NCBI GenBank assembly: GCA_963803145.1
Contig: CAWDLW010000023.1
Span: 96,001 to 160,000, forward strand
Source: Methanotrichaceae archaeon
GTDB lineage: Archaea; Halobacteriota; Methanosarcinia; Methanotrichales; Methanotrichaceae
Length of the DNA: 64,000 nt
Reading direction: 5' to 3'
Of the stretch, positions 17,029 to 26,900 are shown one piece after another. The notes beneath the pieces are model-generated. The model did no database searches. It worked only from the letters and a program-made list of their open reading frames with translations, and was not told the origin of the DNA. Positions within the stretch are counted from its first letter, which is position 1; every line of letters starts with the position of its first letter. Both the position numbers and the translations under genes were made by a program.

Positions 17029-18420
17029 ATGAGGCATAATACAGGAGTTATCAAGCAGAAACCAGACCCAAGGGATTATTCGATATATCACCCTAAAGTA
17101 AGATCATACTTCGAAAAAACTTTATTGCCTCATTTCTTGTTACCTTCATCAATAGACCTTAGATCTACCGGCAATATGCCTGAAAAAATATGGGATCAGG
17201 ACGGATTCAATACATGTGCTGCTTTTGCTTGTGCCGGTTGCATCGATTATGTTCTTCATAGGGATTATGGAATATTTTTAGATCCTTTAGGCCCATCTAA
17301 GGCATTTCAATATTATAATGCTACAATTCTCGAAGATGGAATCCCAATACAATTATCGCCATCGGCAGGAAGTACGATACGAGGTAACATGATGGCCGTT
17401 ATTGATTACGGGACCATTCCAGAATCGGATTATCTTTACACTGGTGATAACTGTGTGATGGACCCAGGAAGTGAAAATTATAATCTCGGGTCTCGAAATC
17501 TTGCCACTGCTGCAGTACTTATAAGTCAGCCAGGAATGAATTTAACCCAAATTCATAACGCAGCAAAGGCGCAAATTGCGGCAGGCAATCCAGTCGAATT
17601 CTGGGTAGCGTATTATCAACAGTTAGATGATGCAGACCATAGCACCGGAAATATAGGTATACCTTCATCATCAGGGGATTATCACAATACATTGCATGCA
17701 TTAAATTTAATTGGATATGATAATAACCATCTTAATTCAGATGCTTCATTAGGAGCTTACATTGTCCGCAATCATTGGGGTACATCCTGGGGGTTGAATG
17801 GCTATGGATGGCTTCCTTATTGGTGGTTCACTCATTTAGATCCATGGCTTAGTTCTCCTATGGTAGGTGATTTCTGGGTTTTAGTTTCAATGAACTATAA
17901 CTCAGCTCTGGATAAGGAGATATCGGGAGTTCTCAGAACAGTTTCAGAATTCAATGCAACTCCTGAAACTACAATATTCACAGAAGGAGCTAGCGGTTTA
18001 TTTGATGCATATCTTAACATAGCGCTAGATTCCGTACTTGGTTCAGGCAGTCCATCAAGTCTTTATGCGGGCCTGGTTACAGATTGCAGCAAAGACGGCA
18101 TATTAACCGGCGAGCCTACGATAGGAGTTAACGGATATGCCAGAGTCCAAATGGATAACGACGATACTGTTTTCCCTGCTGCAGCAGGTGGGGTTAAGAC
18201 TTGTGCTGCAGATATATTTTTCCCAGAATCTACCGGCTCATGGGCTTTAGGTAATGCATTTACGTATCTAGTTTTGTTCGATGCACCGAGCAGCGGGAAT
18301 GCTCTTGCTGCAGCACCACTTTGGCAGCCTTTCTATGTTCCTTCAGCTCGATACATGGCCGAATTCTTAGCCTTGTATCAATCCATCCAATTCTCATTAT
18401 TGCGAGTAGGTGGGGGTTAG
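17029..18420 (+). CDS. Papain-family (C1A) protease fused to a C-terminal Gp80-like virion domain
   Basis: PDPRDY, LPSSIDLR, DQDGFNTCAAF, HALNLIGYD, RNHWG, GYGWLPY; C-terminal ~150 aa paralogous to 8259-8699. Confidence 0.9.
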   Translation: MRHNTGVIKQKPDPRDYSIYHPKVRSYFEKTLLPHFLLPSSIDLRSTGNMPEKIWDQDGFNTCAAFACAGCIDYVLHRDYGIFLDPLGPSKAFQYYNATILEDGIPIQLSPSAGSTIRGNMMAVIDYGTIPESDYLYTGDNCVMDPGSENYNLGSRNLATAAVLISQPGMNLTQIHNAAKAQIAAGNPVEFWVAYYQQLDDADHSTGNIGIPSSSGDYHNTLHALNLIGYDNNHLNSDASLGAYIVRNHWGTSWGLNGYGWLPYWWFTHLDPWLSSPMVGDFWVLVSMNYNSALDKEISGVLRTVSEFNATPETTIFTEGASGLFDAYLNIALDSVLGSGSPSSLYAGLVTDCSKDGILTGEPTIGVNGYARVQMDNDDTVFPAAAGGVKTCAADIFFPESTGSWALGNAFTYLVLFDAPSSGNALAAAPLWQPFYVPSARYMAEFLALYQSIQFSLLRVGGG

Positions 18421-20580
18421 ATGACTGTTTTGACCTGGACCCAAACGAGCAGCAACTTAAATAGTACGAAATATGCGATGGGCGGGGATGGGAACAGAGG
18501 CGCAGCTATTTGCATTGGTGGTGATCATTACGGATCAGACATAATAGAAACTGAAGTATTCAACGGCTCTTCATGGTCTGTAGTGAGCAGCATGAATTAT
18601 AGCAGGCAATTTTTAGCGGCCGGAGGTTCGCCATCGGCAGCTTTTGCAACTTGCGGCCAAAATATGTATGTAGGCGGATCTATTAAGTCTACAGAACTCT
18701 ATAATGGTACTACATGGGCTATTTCTATTGATTGTTCAACTGCACGAAAGGAGCTAGCCGGTGGAGGTTCACCTTCTGCAGCTATAATTATGGGAGGCCA
18801 AGACGGCGTACAAACATACGATTTGTGCGAAACCTTTAATGGATCGGCATGGAGCACTCAAGGCAGCCTAACAGCAGTAACCCAAGACATGGGAGGCCAT
18901 GGAGATCCAACAAATGCCATAATTGCCGGTGGCATTGATGATATAGGTGTAACAAATACCACCCAGATTTGGAGCGGTTCAGCCTGGTCAAACACTGGAA
19001 CTTTAAACACATCTCGGCAAATGTTAGTAGTCGGCGGATCTTCAACTAACGCCTTATCAGCTACAGGAATGACGGCTACAGGTTATTGGTCTAACGCAAC
19101 AGAGCTATTCAATGGATCAACATGGTCAGTTGATTCTGCATTTCCAATGTACTGCGGTTATGGTGCAGGCAACGGCAATGCATCAACGGGTATAATTTTT
19201 GGTGGTCGAGCTTCAGCACCTCTATATCTATACTATACCTGGACGGCGCTTGCATCGAATATAGAAGAATCAGCATCTTTAGTTTCAGTCTCGAAGATTA
19301 GATCAAACTTCGAATATCCTATAGAAATATCTGAGAGTATAGGAAGTATATCGGGAATAACCGCAAATATTAGTGCTCTGGATGCTGAAAGAGTAGCGCT
19401 GATAACGACTATCTCCAGCATTCTTGCGACAGGGACACCATACGGGCCTAGGGAGATTGTCGCAGATTCAATAAGCGTTTCGGAAATTATAGCAAATGCT
19501 GAATATGAAATAGAAAAGGCCGCACACATCCTGAGTATATCCTTAATGGATGGCCATTTCGATTTTGGCGCTACAATAGATTCAGAAAGCCAAATCATAG
19601 CCAATCCCGAGCTAATCTATGAAGCTCATGGCAATATTCATAGCATCTCAAATGTTCTGGCCTATATCAGCGAGTATTATCTTCATACGGCAGCTAACCT
19701 GAATTCAGAGACCCAGTTTTTAGCCTGGCCGGAATGGGGGGATGTCTATACTCAGCTCGAAATAGCTCATATAACTTCAAGCTCGATAGTTAACGCAATA
19801 GGTAACTCGGAGCACGAATTAAGGGCTCTTTTGGCTTCTGGATCATCTTTAAGTTCAATCCTCCATTTAATACAAGATTGCTGGGCGGCAGGCTCAAACA
19901 CCTCAAAAATCTGGGTAGTAGGGACTGAAATTGATGTTCCTTTGGATATCATTTTAGCAGAATTTACCGTCCCGCCGCTATCATTAGTCTTTGCCAGGGT
20001 TTGCCCAATAAAAGATTTCACCGAGGAGGTAAATGTGGCTCAAAACGAAATAATATTTAAAGGGCAGTCTATGCTGAGGCTGCAGATAACCACGAACACG
20101 CCGATATCCGGAGCACAAGAATTAAGGATCAAATACAAGAAACCATCTGGAGTTACTGGACATTTTAGCGCTACGTCTATTGATGACATAAACGGTGTCT
20201 TAATTAGAGATATCATAGACAATTCCGAGATAGACGAGCAAGGAGATTGGACTATATGGCCATGGGTGAAGTTTTCAGATGGTCGAGATGCTCCGGGGTT
20301 CTGGGTAAAGATGACAATCATAGACGAGCCAGGCCATGAGCTAACCAGAGCCAAGCCTGTTAAACAGGCGAATCCTCGGACGCCCTTTACCTATATTTAC
20401 AAAAAGAATGGTCATCCTATTGCTTATGCCAAGCTGCTAATAGTTCAAAGGGATGAGCAAATCGAGGCTAAAACAGATATTCACGGCAAAGCAGGTCCTT
20501 ATTTGCTGATGCCTGGGCGCGTAGATATCAGGTCTCTTGATGGCCTCAATCATCATGAAATTTGCGAGGTAGGGGGATAG
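18421..20580 (+). CDS. Kelch-like beta-propeller fibre protein with spacer and BppU-like domain
   Basis: Six ~47-aa GG...TE-x-(F/Y)NG-x-x-W repeats; S-x-S spacer; YKKPSG...GDW-x-I-x-PWV domain. Confidence 0.75.
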   Translation: MTVLTWTQTSSNLNSTKYAMGGDGNRGAAICIGGDHYGSDIIETEVFNGSSWSVVSSMNYSRQFLAAGGSPSAAFATCGQNMYVGGSIKSTELYNGTTWAISIDCSTARKELAGGGSPSAAIIMGGQDGVQTYDLCETFNGSAWSTQGSLTAVTQDMGGHGDPTNAIIAGGIDDIGVTNTTQIWSGSAWSNTGTLNTSRQMLVVGGSSTNALSATGMTATGYWSNATELFNGSTWSVDSAFPMYCGYGAGNGNASTGIIFGGRASAPLYLYYTWTALASNIEESASLVSVSKIRSNFEYPIEISESIGSISGITANISALDAERVALITTISSILATGTPYGPREIVADSISVSEIIANAEYEIEKAAHILSISLMDGHFDFGATIDSESQIIANPELIYEAHGNIHSISNVLAYISEYYLHTAANLNSETQFLAWPEWGDVYTQLEIAHITSSSIVNAIGNSEHELRALLASGSSLSSILHLIQDCWAAGSNTSKIWVVGTEIDVPLDIILAEFTVPPLSLVFARVCPIKDFTEEVNVAQNEIIFKGQSMLRLQITTNTPISGAQELRIKYKKPSGVTGHFSATSIDDINGVLIRDIIDNSEIDEQGDWTIWPWVKFSDGRDAPGFWVKMTIIDEPGHELTRAKPVKQANPRTPFTYIYKKNGHPIAYAKLLIVQRDEQIEAKTDIHGKAGPYLLMPGRVDIRSLDGLNHHEICEVGG

Positions 20581-21026
20581 TGGCTTCTCTTCAGTTTCAA
20601 GGAATAGATAAATTAATAGAGGACTGGACAGCCAGAAGGGATCGAGCTCAGTCCGTGGCTGAGTTAATAGCCCTTGAAATGGGCCATATTGCAGAGAATG
20701 AAATCCATCCCTTGACTCATAAAATAACTGGAAATTGGGATAGATCGATACATACCGAAGTTGAATCAGATGGAACGATTATAAGGGCAAAGGTAGTTTC
20801 CCATGGCGCTTTTGCTTCTAACGGCTTCAATTATGGACCTCTTCAAGAGGCGCTGAATCATCCTATAGAAATTGGATTTTATCGAGCAATTCCGGAAATG
20901 ATTCAATTCTGGGAAGACAATTTTTTTAAGTCTATTGAATCGGGCGAAGTTCCTAATATCGAAGTTATGGATATCGGAATTCCGTATCCTCCAGGAAGCA
21001 AAAATCTTTCTAAAAATAATAGATAA
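20580..21026 (+). CDS. Tail completion protein (HK97 gp10-like)
   Basis: FQGIDKL...TGNWDRSI...Y-x-x-x-x-E pattern. Confidence 0.65.
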   Translation: MASLQFQGIDKLIEDWTARRDRAQSVAELIALEMGHIAENEIHPLTHKITGNWDRSIHTEVESDGTIIRAKVVSHGAFASNGFNYGPLQEALNHPIEIGFYRAIPEMIQFWEDNFFKSIESGEVPNIEVMDIGIPYPPGSKNLSKNNR

Positions 21027-21049
21027 TATAGCAGGGCTAAGGAGGTTCA

Positions 21050-21502
21050 ATGGCCGATCCATCGTTATATATAAAGTTTGTAGCTGATGCTCTTTTGGCT
21101 AAAACAGAGATACAAAAAGCTACAAACGGTCAGATCATCCCCAACTTCAACTTAACTTCAGCTGACGATTATTTGAAAGAGGCTAACCATTGCTGCATCG
21201 GAATCCATAGCATAGATCTGCTCAGTACGGGTTTGCCTGGTGTAGATTTTCACGGTATGTCTGACCATGTTCATATGATAGCAGTTGACATTCTACAGAT
21301 TAACAAAAATGACACTTGCATATCAGGAGTCGCTAAAGACGTTGCCAATGTTCTCAAAAAGCCAATAAGAGCAGTTCGAAGCGGGATCAATTATTACTTC
21401 AGTATCAGGCCACCAATCCGGGTGGTAACCGTTACAAACCCAGATTTTCCAGACCGTGTTCAAATCACCATAACAACCAGGCTAAGATATCTGGACGAGT
21501 GA
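21050..21502 (+). CDS. Putative tail terminator
   Basis: 150 aa, between the gp10-like gene and the tube gene. Confidence 0.55.
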   Translation: MADPSLYIKFVADALLAKTEIQKATNGQIIPNFNLTSADDYLKEANHCCIGIHSIDLLSTGLPGVDFHGMSDHVHMIAVDILQINKNDTCISGVAKDVANVLKKPIRAVRSGINYYFSIRPPIRVVTVTNPDFPDRVQITITTRLRYLDE

Positions 21503-21512
21503 AGGAGTTAGT

Positions 21513-21695
21513 ATGGTCGATAGAAGAAAAGAAATGCCTCTGAGCCACATCGACCCGATAGGGGGAGAAAGGCTATACGAGGAGATAGGGAGCGGAGTCA
21601 GGCTAACAGCCTCAGATTACGCTCATAAGCATGGATTTACAAGCACCGAAGAATTTCTCAAAGCATATGAGGACCATCTGAGAGGCGAATTTTGA
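21513..21695 (+). CDS. Small hypothetical protein
   Basis: RBS AGGAG; overlaps the tube gene start. Confidence 0.55.
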   Translation: MVDRRKEMPLSHIDPIGGERLYEEIGSGVRLTASDYAHKHGFTSTEEFLKAYEDHLRGEF

Positions 21696-23008
21696 TGGCA
21701 ACAGGTCCACAGCCAATAACGACTAAGCGGATAGGGTTAGCATTTGAAAACGCTGCTATAAAGGCATCAGCTCCTGCTGTTTATGTGATAGTTGACGGCA
21801 AGCTAACACCAAAGTCAACCAAGCCCACGACTAAGAAGAGAATATCAGGTAACAGAGATCCCGTATTAGGCATCAGGGCTGCAGAGGGATTCAAGATATC
21901 TATTCCCATGCCACCTTTGATTGAGAGTAACGGCCTAGGGGAGCTCATTTTGGCCCAGATGGGCACAGATACGCTAGGAAGTGAACTAGGAACTAGCGGC
22001 GGGTATGACCATGTTTTTACTGCCAATGACACCATAAAATCATTTACTTTATGGTGCTGGGATACACTAAATCCGCTTGATATCCGAATGTGTGTAATAG
22101 AACAGCTCAAGGTAGAAATCGATAAAGATAAGAACACTCTATCAATGATTTTCGATTGCTCTGGCGCAGAGATGACTGACTCATCAACGTTTGGAACTGC
22201 TACATACATCAATGTTCAAACGGATAAGCCCAAAATGCTCATGGCTTCTCAGTGTATCTTGGAGTTCGGCCAGCCTCAATCAAACGTCAGCCAGTTCTGG
22301 AATAAGCTTACGCTGACAATGAAAGAATCTCCTAAGTTCGGGGCAAATCAGAAAGCTCCAGTACCTTCTGGTGCTGCAGCTCCCCAGCTGGTGGTTAAAG
22401 GTCCCAGGGATACCGACCTCCAGCTAGATTACAACGATCTGGACAGGCAAGAGCTCAAGAGATTTAGGCAAGGCGTTGAAACTACGCCGACAGCAACGGC
22501 TCAAATGGATGCAGCCGGTCTCATTGGCTGGCGTTTAAGGGTCTTTGGCAATGAGATAGGCGTTTCGAACATCTGGGGATACTCTCACAGAGCGAACGCG
22601 GGAAGTGCGACAATAATATGGGGTGGGACCTACACAGGGACCGATCCGGCCGAGTTCGAGGTATACGTTACAACGGACGGAACGCCAGATAAATTTAAGT
22701 GGCGCAAAAATAACGGTGCCTGGAGCGCTGAGATCTCAGTAACAGGATCGGCTCAGACCCTCTCAGATGGAGTTACCGTTACATTCTCGTCAACCACTGG
22801 CGCAGCGCTTAACGACACATTCTATGGATTCACACATTATCAAAGAATGTTGGAGCTCACATCCTTAACCAACGTCTTTGATGACTGGTCCGATGTCTCA
22901 GCTGATGACTTCTACAAGGCAAGTCTAAAGGTATTCCATGAGAGCGGGATAGGCTCAACCAAGCCAAGTATCACCTTAAGGAACACAAAATCGACAGCAT
23001 ATACATAA
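21692..23008 (+). CDS. Major tail (tube) protein with an inserted extra domain
   Basis: IGLAFE...YDHVFT...KSFTL pattern of siphovirus tubes; FKWRK...LSDGVTVTF insertion. Confidence 0.75.
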   Translation: MMATGPQPITTKRIGLAFENAAIKASAPAVYVIVDGKLTPKSTKPTTKKRISGNRDPVLGIRAAEGFKISIPMPPLIESNGLGELILAQMGTDTLGSELGTSGGYDHVFTANDTIKSFTLWCWDTLNPLDIRMCVIEQLKVEIDKDKNTLSMIFDCSGAEMTDSSTFGTATYINVQTDKPKMLMASQCILEFGQPQSNVSQFWNKLTLTMKESPKFGANQKAPVPSGAAAPQLVVKGPRDTDLQLDYNDLDRQELKRFRQGVETTPTATAQMDAAGLIGWRLRVFGNEIGVSNIWGYSHRANAGSATIIWGGTYTGTDPAEFEVYVTTDGTPDKFKWRKNNGAWSAEISVTGSAQTLSDGVTVTFSSTTGAALNDTFYGFTHYQRMLELTSLTNVFDDWSDVSADDFYKASLKVFHESGIGSTKPSITLRNTKSTAYT

Positions 23009-23162
23009 ATCGATATCTGTAGCGGCCGCGTAAAATGCCCTACATTTGAAGATCTCGGTCCCTTCCTAGTGTCTAGACGCGAAAAGCCCTAGATTGACCT
23101 CCTGGCGGGCCTGGTTGGGACCGATAAAAGGCCAGGATATAATAAAACAGGAGAAATACAAA

Positions 23163-23633
23163 ATGGCAGAAGAAGAAAAGCCAATAAGAACCGAAGAACT
23201 CTTTGTAGACCCAACCAATATTGAGGCATTGACTAAGGCATTGAAGCCGAAGCGTGGCATATACTCCTTAACCATGCCTTCAGGTGAGGCTCTTGCGGTT
23301 CCATACCATGAAACTGGGCATGTCTACAATCTGGAATCTACAAGGGGAGAGCATAAAGTAAAAGAGTCAGACAAAATAGATCCTACCAGAGAGAGACGAA
23401 TTTGGATTCGGAGAATCAATAAGGCTCTCGAAGATGGCTGGCGAGTTGTAGACGATCTTCTTGAGGGACCAAAAAAGTCCCTTGCTGAATATCTCTTAAA
23501 TAAAGAGATACCAGTATCTATAATCAACTCCGAGGATTGGGCCACGATGGTTGAGGTATGCTTTCCGGGAATCTACGACGATACTAGCACTATCCAAGAC
23601 CGGGCTAAGTCAATCCGCATGCGCGCTAGCTAA
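23163..23633 (+). CDS. Tail assembly chaperone (G-like)
   Basis: Between tube and TMP genes; RBS AGGAG. Confidence 0.65.
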   Translation: MAEEEKPIRTEELFVDPTNIEALTKALKPKRGIYSLTMPSGEALAVPYHETGHVYNLESTRGEHKVKESDKIDPTRERRIWIRRINKALEDGWRVVDDLLEGPKKSLAEYLLNKEIPVSIINSEDWATMVEVCFPGIYDDTSTIQDRAKSIRMRAS

Positions 23634-23658
23634 GGCTTTTCCGGGCCTTGGCACGCCT

Positions 23659-23937
23659 ATGAATGCTCTGATTAATCACTACAAAATTCTTGATCCTGGA
23701 TTTGTAGCCTCTTTAACTCCGGAAGATCTTTTCTTTTTGGATCTCTCGATTTTGATTGAATTCAATCATAGAGAAAAGGAGCTCTTAGAAAAGCAGAAAA
23801 AGAAAGAGAGGGATGAAGAAGAGCATGAAGGCATGGAGCGGTATGAATCGGAGGATGATTTCTGGGCTGAAGTTGAAGCCGCTAATGATGAAGCAATAGC
23901 CTTAAAAAATGAGGCAGTAATAGATAATCAAAACTAG
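23659..23937 (+). CDS. Second tail assembly chaperone ORF (T-like; may be frameshift-expressed, frame open from 23551)
   Basis: Overlapping +1 frame, no clear RBS, precedes TMP. Confidence 0.55.
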   Translation: MNALINHYKILDPGFVASLTPEDLFFLDLSILIEFNHREKELLEKQKKKERDEEEHEGMERYESEDDFWAEVEAANDEAIALKNEAVIDNQN

Positions 23938-23988
23938 TTGTATGTTCACAGGGAGCATACAACTAAAATATTTTTAGGATTGATACTT

Positions 23989-26900
23989 ATGGGCGTTGAT
24001 GATATTGGCTCGGCCGCAATGCTGGATATCTCTAATTATGTAAGTGCAGCCGATGCACTTATTGATAAGACCGAGCAGATGCAAGAGAAACTTAATGCCA
24101 TCTCTGAAAGTCTTAAAGATCCTATCCCTATCACCGTAGATATCAGCCAGATAGAGCAGGCCACAGAAAAGCTGGACGAGCTTAAGCTAACGAACATCGA
24201 TGTTTCAATGAATGCTGCAGATGTTCAGGAGCAACTAAACAATTTAACAGAGTCGTCAAGCGGTTTAGATAAGGAGCTGGAGATAGGCGTTACCGCTGAT
24301 ACGTCAGCTGCATCTGCTTCTATTTATGATCTAACCGACTCGGCAACAAGTCTAGCTGAAAATTCTTATGAACTTCTCATAACTGCCGACGATACACAGA
24401 CAATAGATAAATTTGTAGAAATTGAAGATAAATATGAAGAAATCAAACAGAAGGTAGCGGAGCCTTTAAAAGTAGGGGGTGAGGGAGGCGGGGAAGAAGA
24501 AGGGGGGATGTTGGAAAAGCTCAAAGGAGCGGCTGAAGGTTTTGGCGTTCCAACAGGTCTATTAAATGCGGGTCCTGAAATGCTGGTTGGCGCTGGTGCT
24601 GCAGTAGCTTTAGGCGAGGGCCTGCATAAGTCCGTTGAGGCGGCTACATCATTTCAACAAAGCATGCAATCAGTAGGAGCTTTGACGGGACAGACCACTA
24701 GCGGACTGAAAGAAATAGCCGAGGAAGCCAGCGGCGGAACTACAGTAGGCTTGAACGAGGCAGGCCAGGCCATGATTTCCCTGGCAGATAACGGCGTTCG
24801 AACAAAGGATATGGAAAAAGATCTAGCTGCCTCAATAACGCTTTCAGAAGGCGGAATAATAAGCATGGGGAGCGCTACAACAGTTTTGAGCACTACGCTA
24901 AAGCAATTCCATCAGGACGGGACCCAGGCGGCGCAAGATGTGAACATTATGATTGCCGCTTCGCAGCTGGGAAAGACTTCAACTGAGGATATGGCATCTG
25001 CATTGAGGATAGCGGGGCCTACCGCCTCAGCAGCCGGGTTATCATTTGCGGATACTGCAGGCTCTCTCTCTCTGATGGAGGGAGCCGGTATAAGGGCTAG
25101 AACCGCTTCAAGCGATCTAAATACAATTTTAAAAGATATGTCAGATCCGCCCAAGAAGGTTGCCGAAGGTTTAACCTCTATAGGTGTATCTGCTGACGAT
25201 ATTAATCCTCAGCTTCATTCTTTTGATGATGTAATCGCAGATTTAAAAACTCATATTACATCATCGGCTGAAGCATCAAAAATATTTGGTACTACTGCAG
25301 GCCCTGGACTTTGGGCGTTGCTGCAGCAGGCAAATTTAAAAGAATATACTCAAGATCTCCAAAACAGTAATGCCGGAGTCGAGGCGGCGGACAAAAACAC
25401 TCAGACATATGAAGCATCTATGAAAAAGTTTGGTGCGGCAATAGAAACATGCGAGATAGACTTAGGTACTCTTCTTCTTCCTATTTTAACAGATTTTGTT
25501 ACTGTTGTTGATGAAGGCGTTACCGCTCTTGATAAACTCGGAAAAGGCTTGTATTCAACTGGCGAATATGCGGCAAACACAACCAATTCAGGGCTTCAGA
25601 GTCTTGGTAATGTGGTGCAGCAGGGCACAAACTGGCTTGACAAAAATGCGCTTGGTATGACTGATGATCAAATATCGGCACAGTATGCCGATCCTGGTAA
25701 GAAGATAGGAACAACTGTAGGAGAGAATATCTGTAACGGCATCAGTGATTCATATGATGACATAAACGGCACCATGAACGATGTCTTAACAAAATCTGGA
25801 ACGGATGCAGGAACAGCTGCCGGAGCTGCAGCAGCAAAGGCTTTTTCGGATGCCAACGATGCTTATGCTAAATCTTATGGAAGCTACATAAGCAATGATT
25901 ATATCATGAAATGGAGAACATACGACCAAACAACGGGAGCGGTTACAAATCCCGGCGCATGGGTGAACCCTAATGAAGGGCAGCCAACGCAATCATACGA
26001 TTCAGGATTTAGCACCACGACTCATGCATTAAATGCAAAAGTCCCGCTAAGTTATTCAGAAAGTTATGGTGACTCCAGCGGTTCCGAATACGGTATGAGT
26101 GAGATGAATTTAACGATTGCCGGAAAGACTTATTCTTCTGGCTGGATAAAAAATGACTCATTCGACAGAGCTAATGAATTAAACAAGCTGATTTCGGAAG
26201 CGAGCGGGGATCTACATACTGATGTTAATACCTTGATCGGGGCCGAAGGAATGAATCTGCTGCAGGGAAAAGAGGATCAGACAACATATAATGCTAGGAT
26301 GGCGGTAAATTCGATAGCTGATGTAAAAATTACTCCTGCAACAGTCACAATAGACCCGACTAAACTTGATGAAGATAAAGCCTTTACAGATGATATAAAT
26401 AAAATGTATAAGGACAATACCGTATCTATAGATGATCTGACCAAGGCATACAAGGACTTTCAGAATGCGCCGAATCTTTCAACTAAAGTAATGGAAGATT
26501 ATTCCAACGTTCAAAGGGAAACCGAAGATTTAAAGAAATGGAATGAGCAATTACAAGAGCTTGAGGCAATGCCTGCAAAAGCTCAGCCTTCAGATTATTT
26601 GAATCAACTGAATACTTTAAAATCGGAGATCGAAGGAGCACAAACTTCTATAGCAGCGAACGTCAAGGACATCCATTCTGAACTTTCGAGTGTTTTTGAT
26701 ACTTCCGACATACCGATAGGAAACGTCAAAGGATGGATTGATACCCAAGTTGCTTCAATGGCGTCCACGATTAGCGATGATTGGAAAAAAGGATTCACTA
26801 TAACGGATGAAGATACAATTGCAGCTTTTGTACCAATGCTCCAATGGATGGAGAACAATATGCCCGTCGAGTTTGCCAGGATCGGCGGCACTTCAACTCT

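Noticed and set aside
18418-18423. TAG readthrough fusing adjacent in-frame genes (also at 23937 and 40612)
   Set aside because: Downstream genes have their own start codons and TAG is an ordinary stop throughout the window
21513-21695. Similarity of G-x-RLT...K-x-G to the C-terminus of gene 8924
   Set aside because: Too short to separate from chance without a profile search
23095-23125. HDV-like ribozyme (ACCTCCTGGCGG resembles P3/L3)
   Set aside because: Could not find matching P1 and P2 strands or the catalytic J4/2 segment
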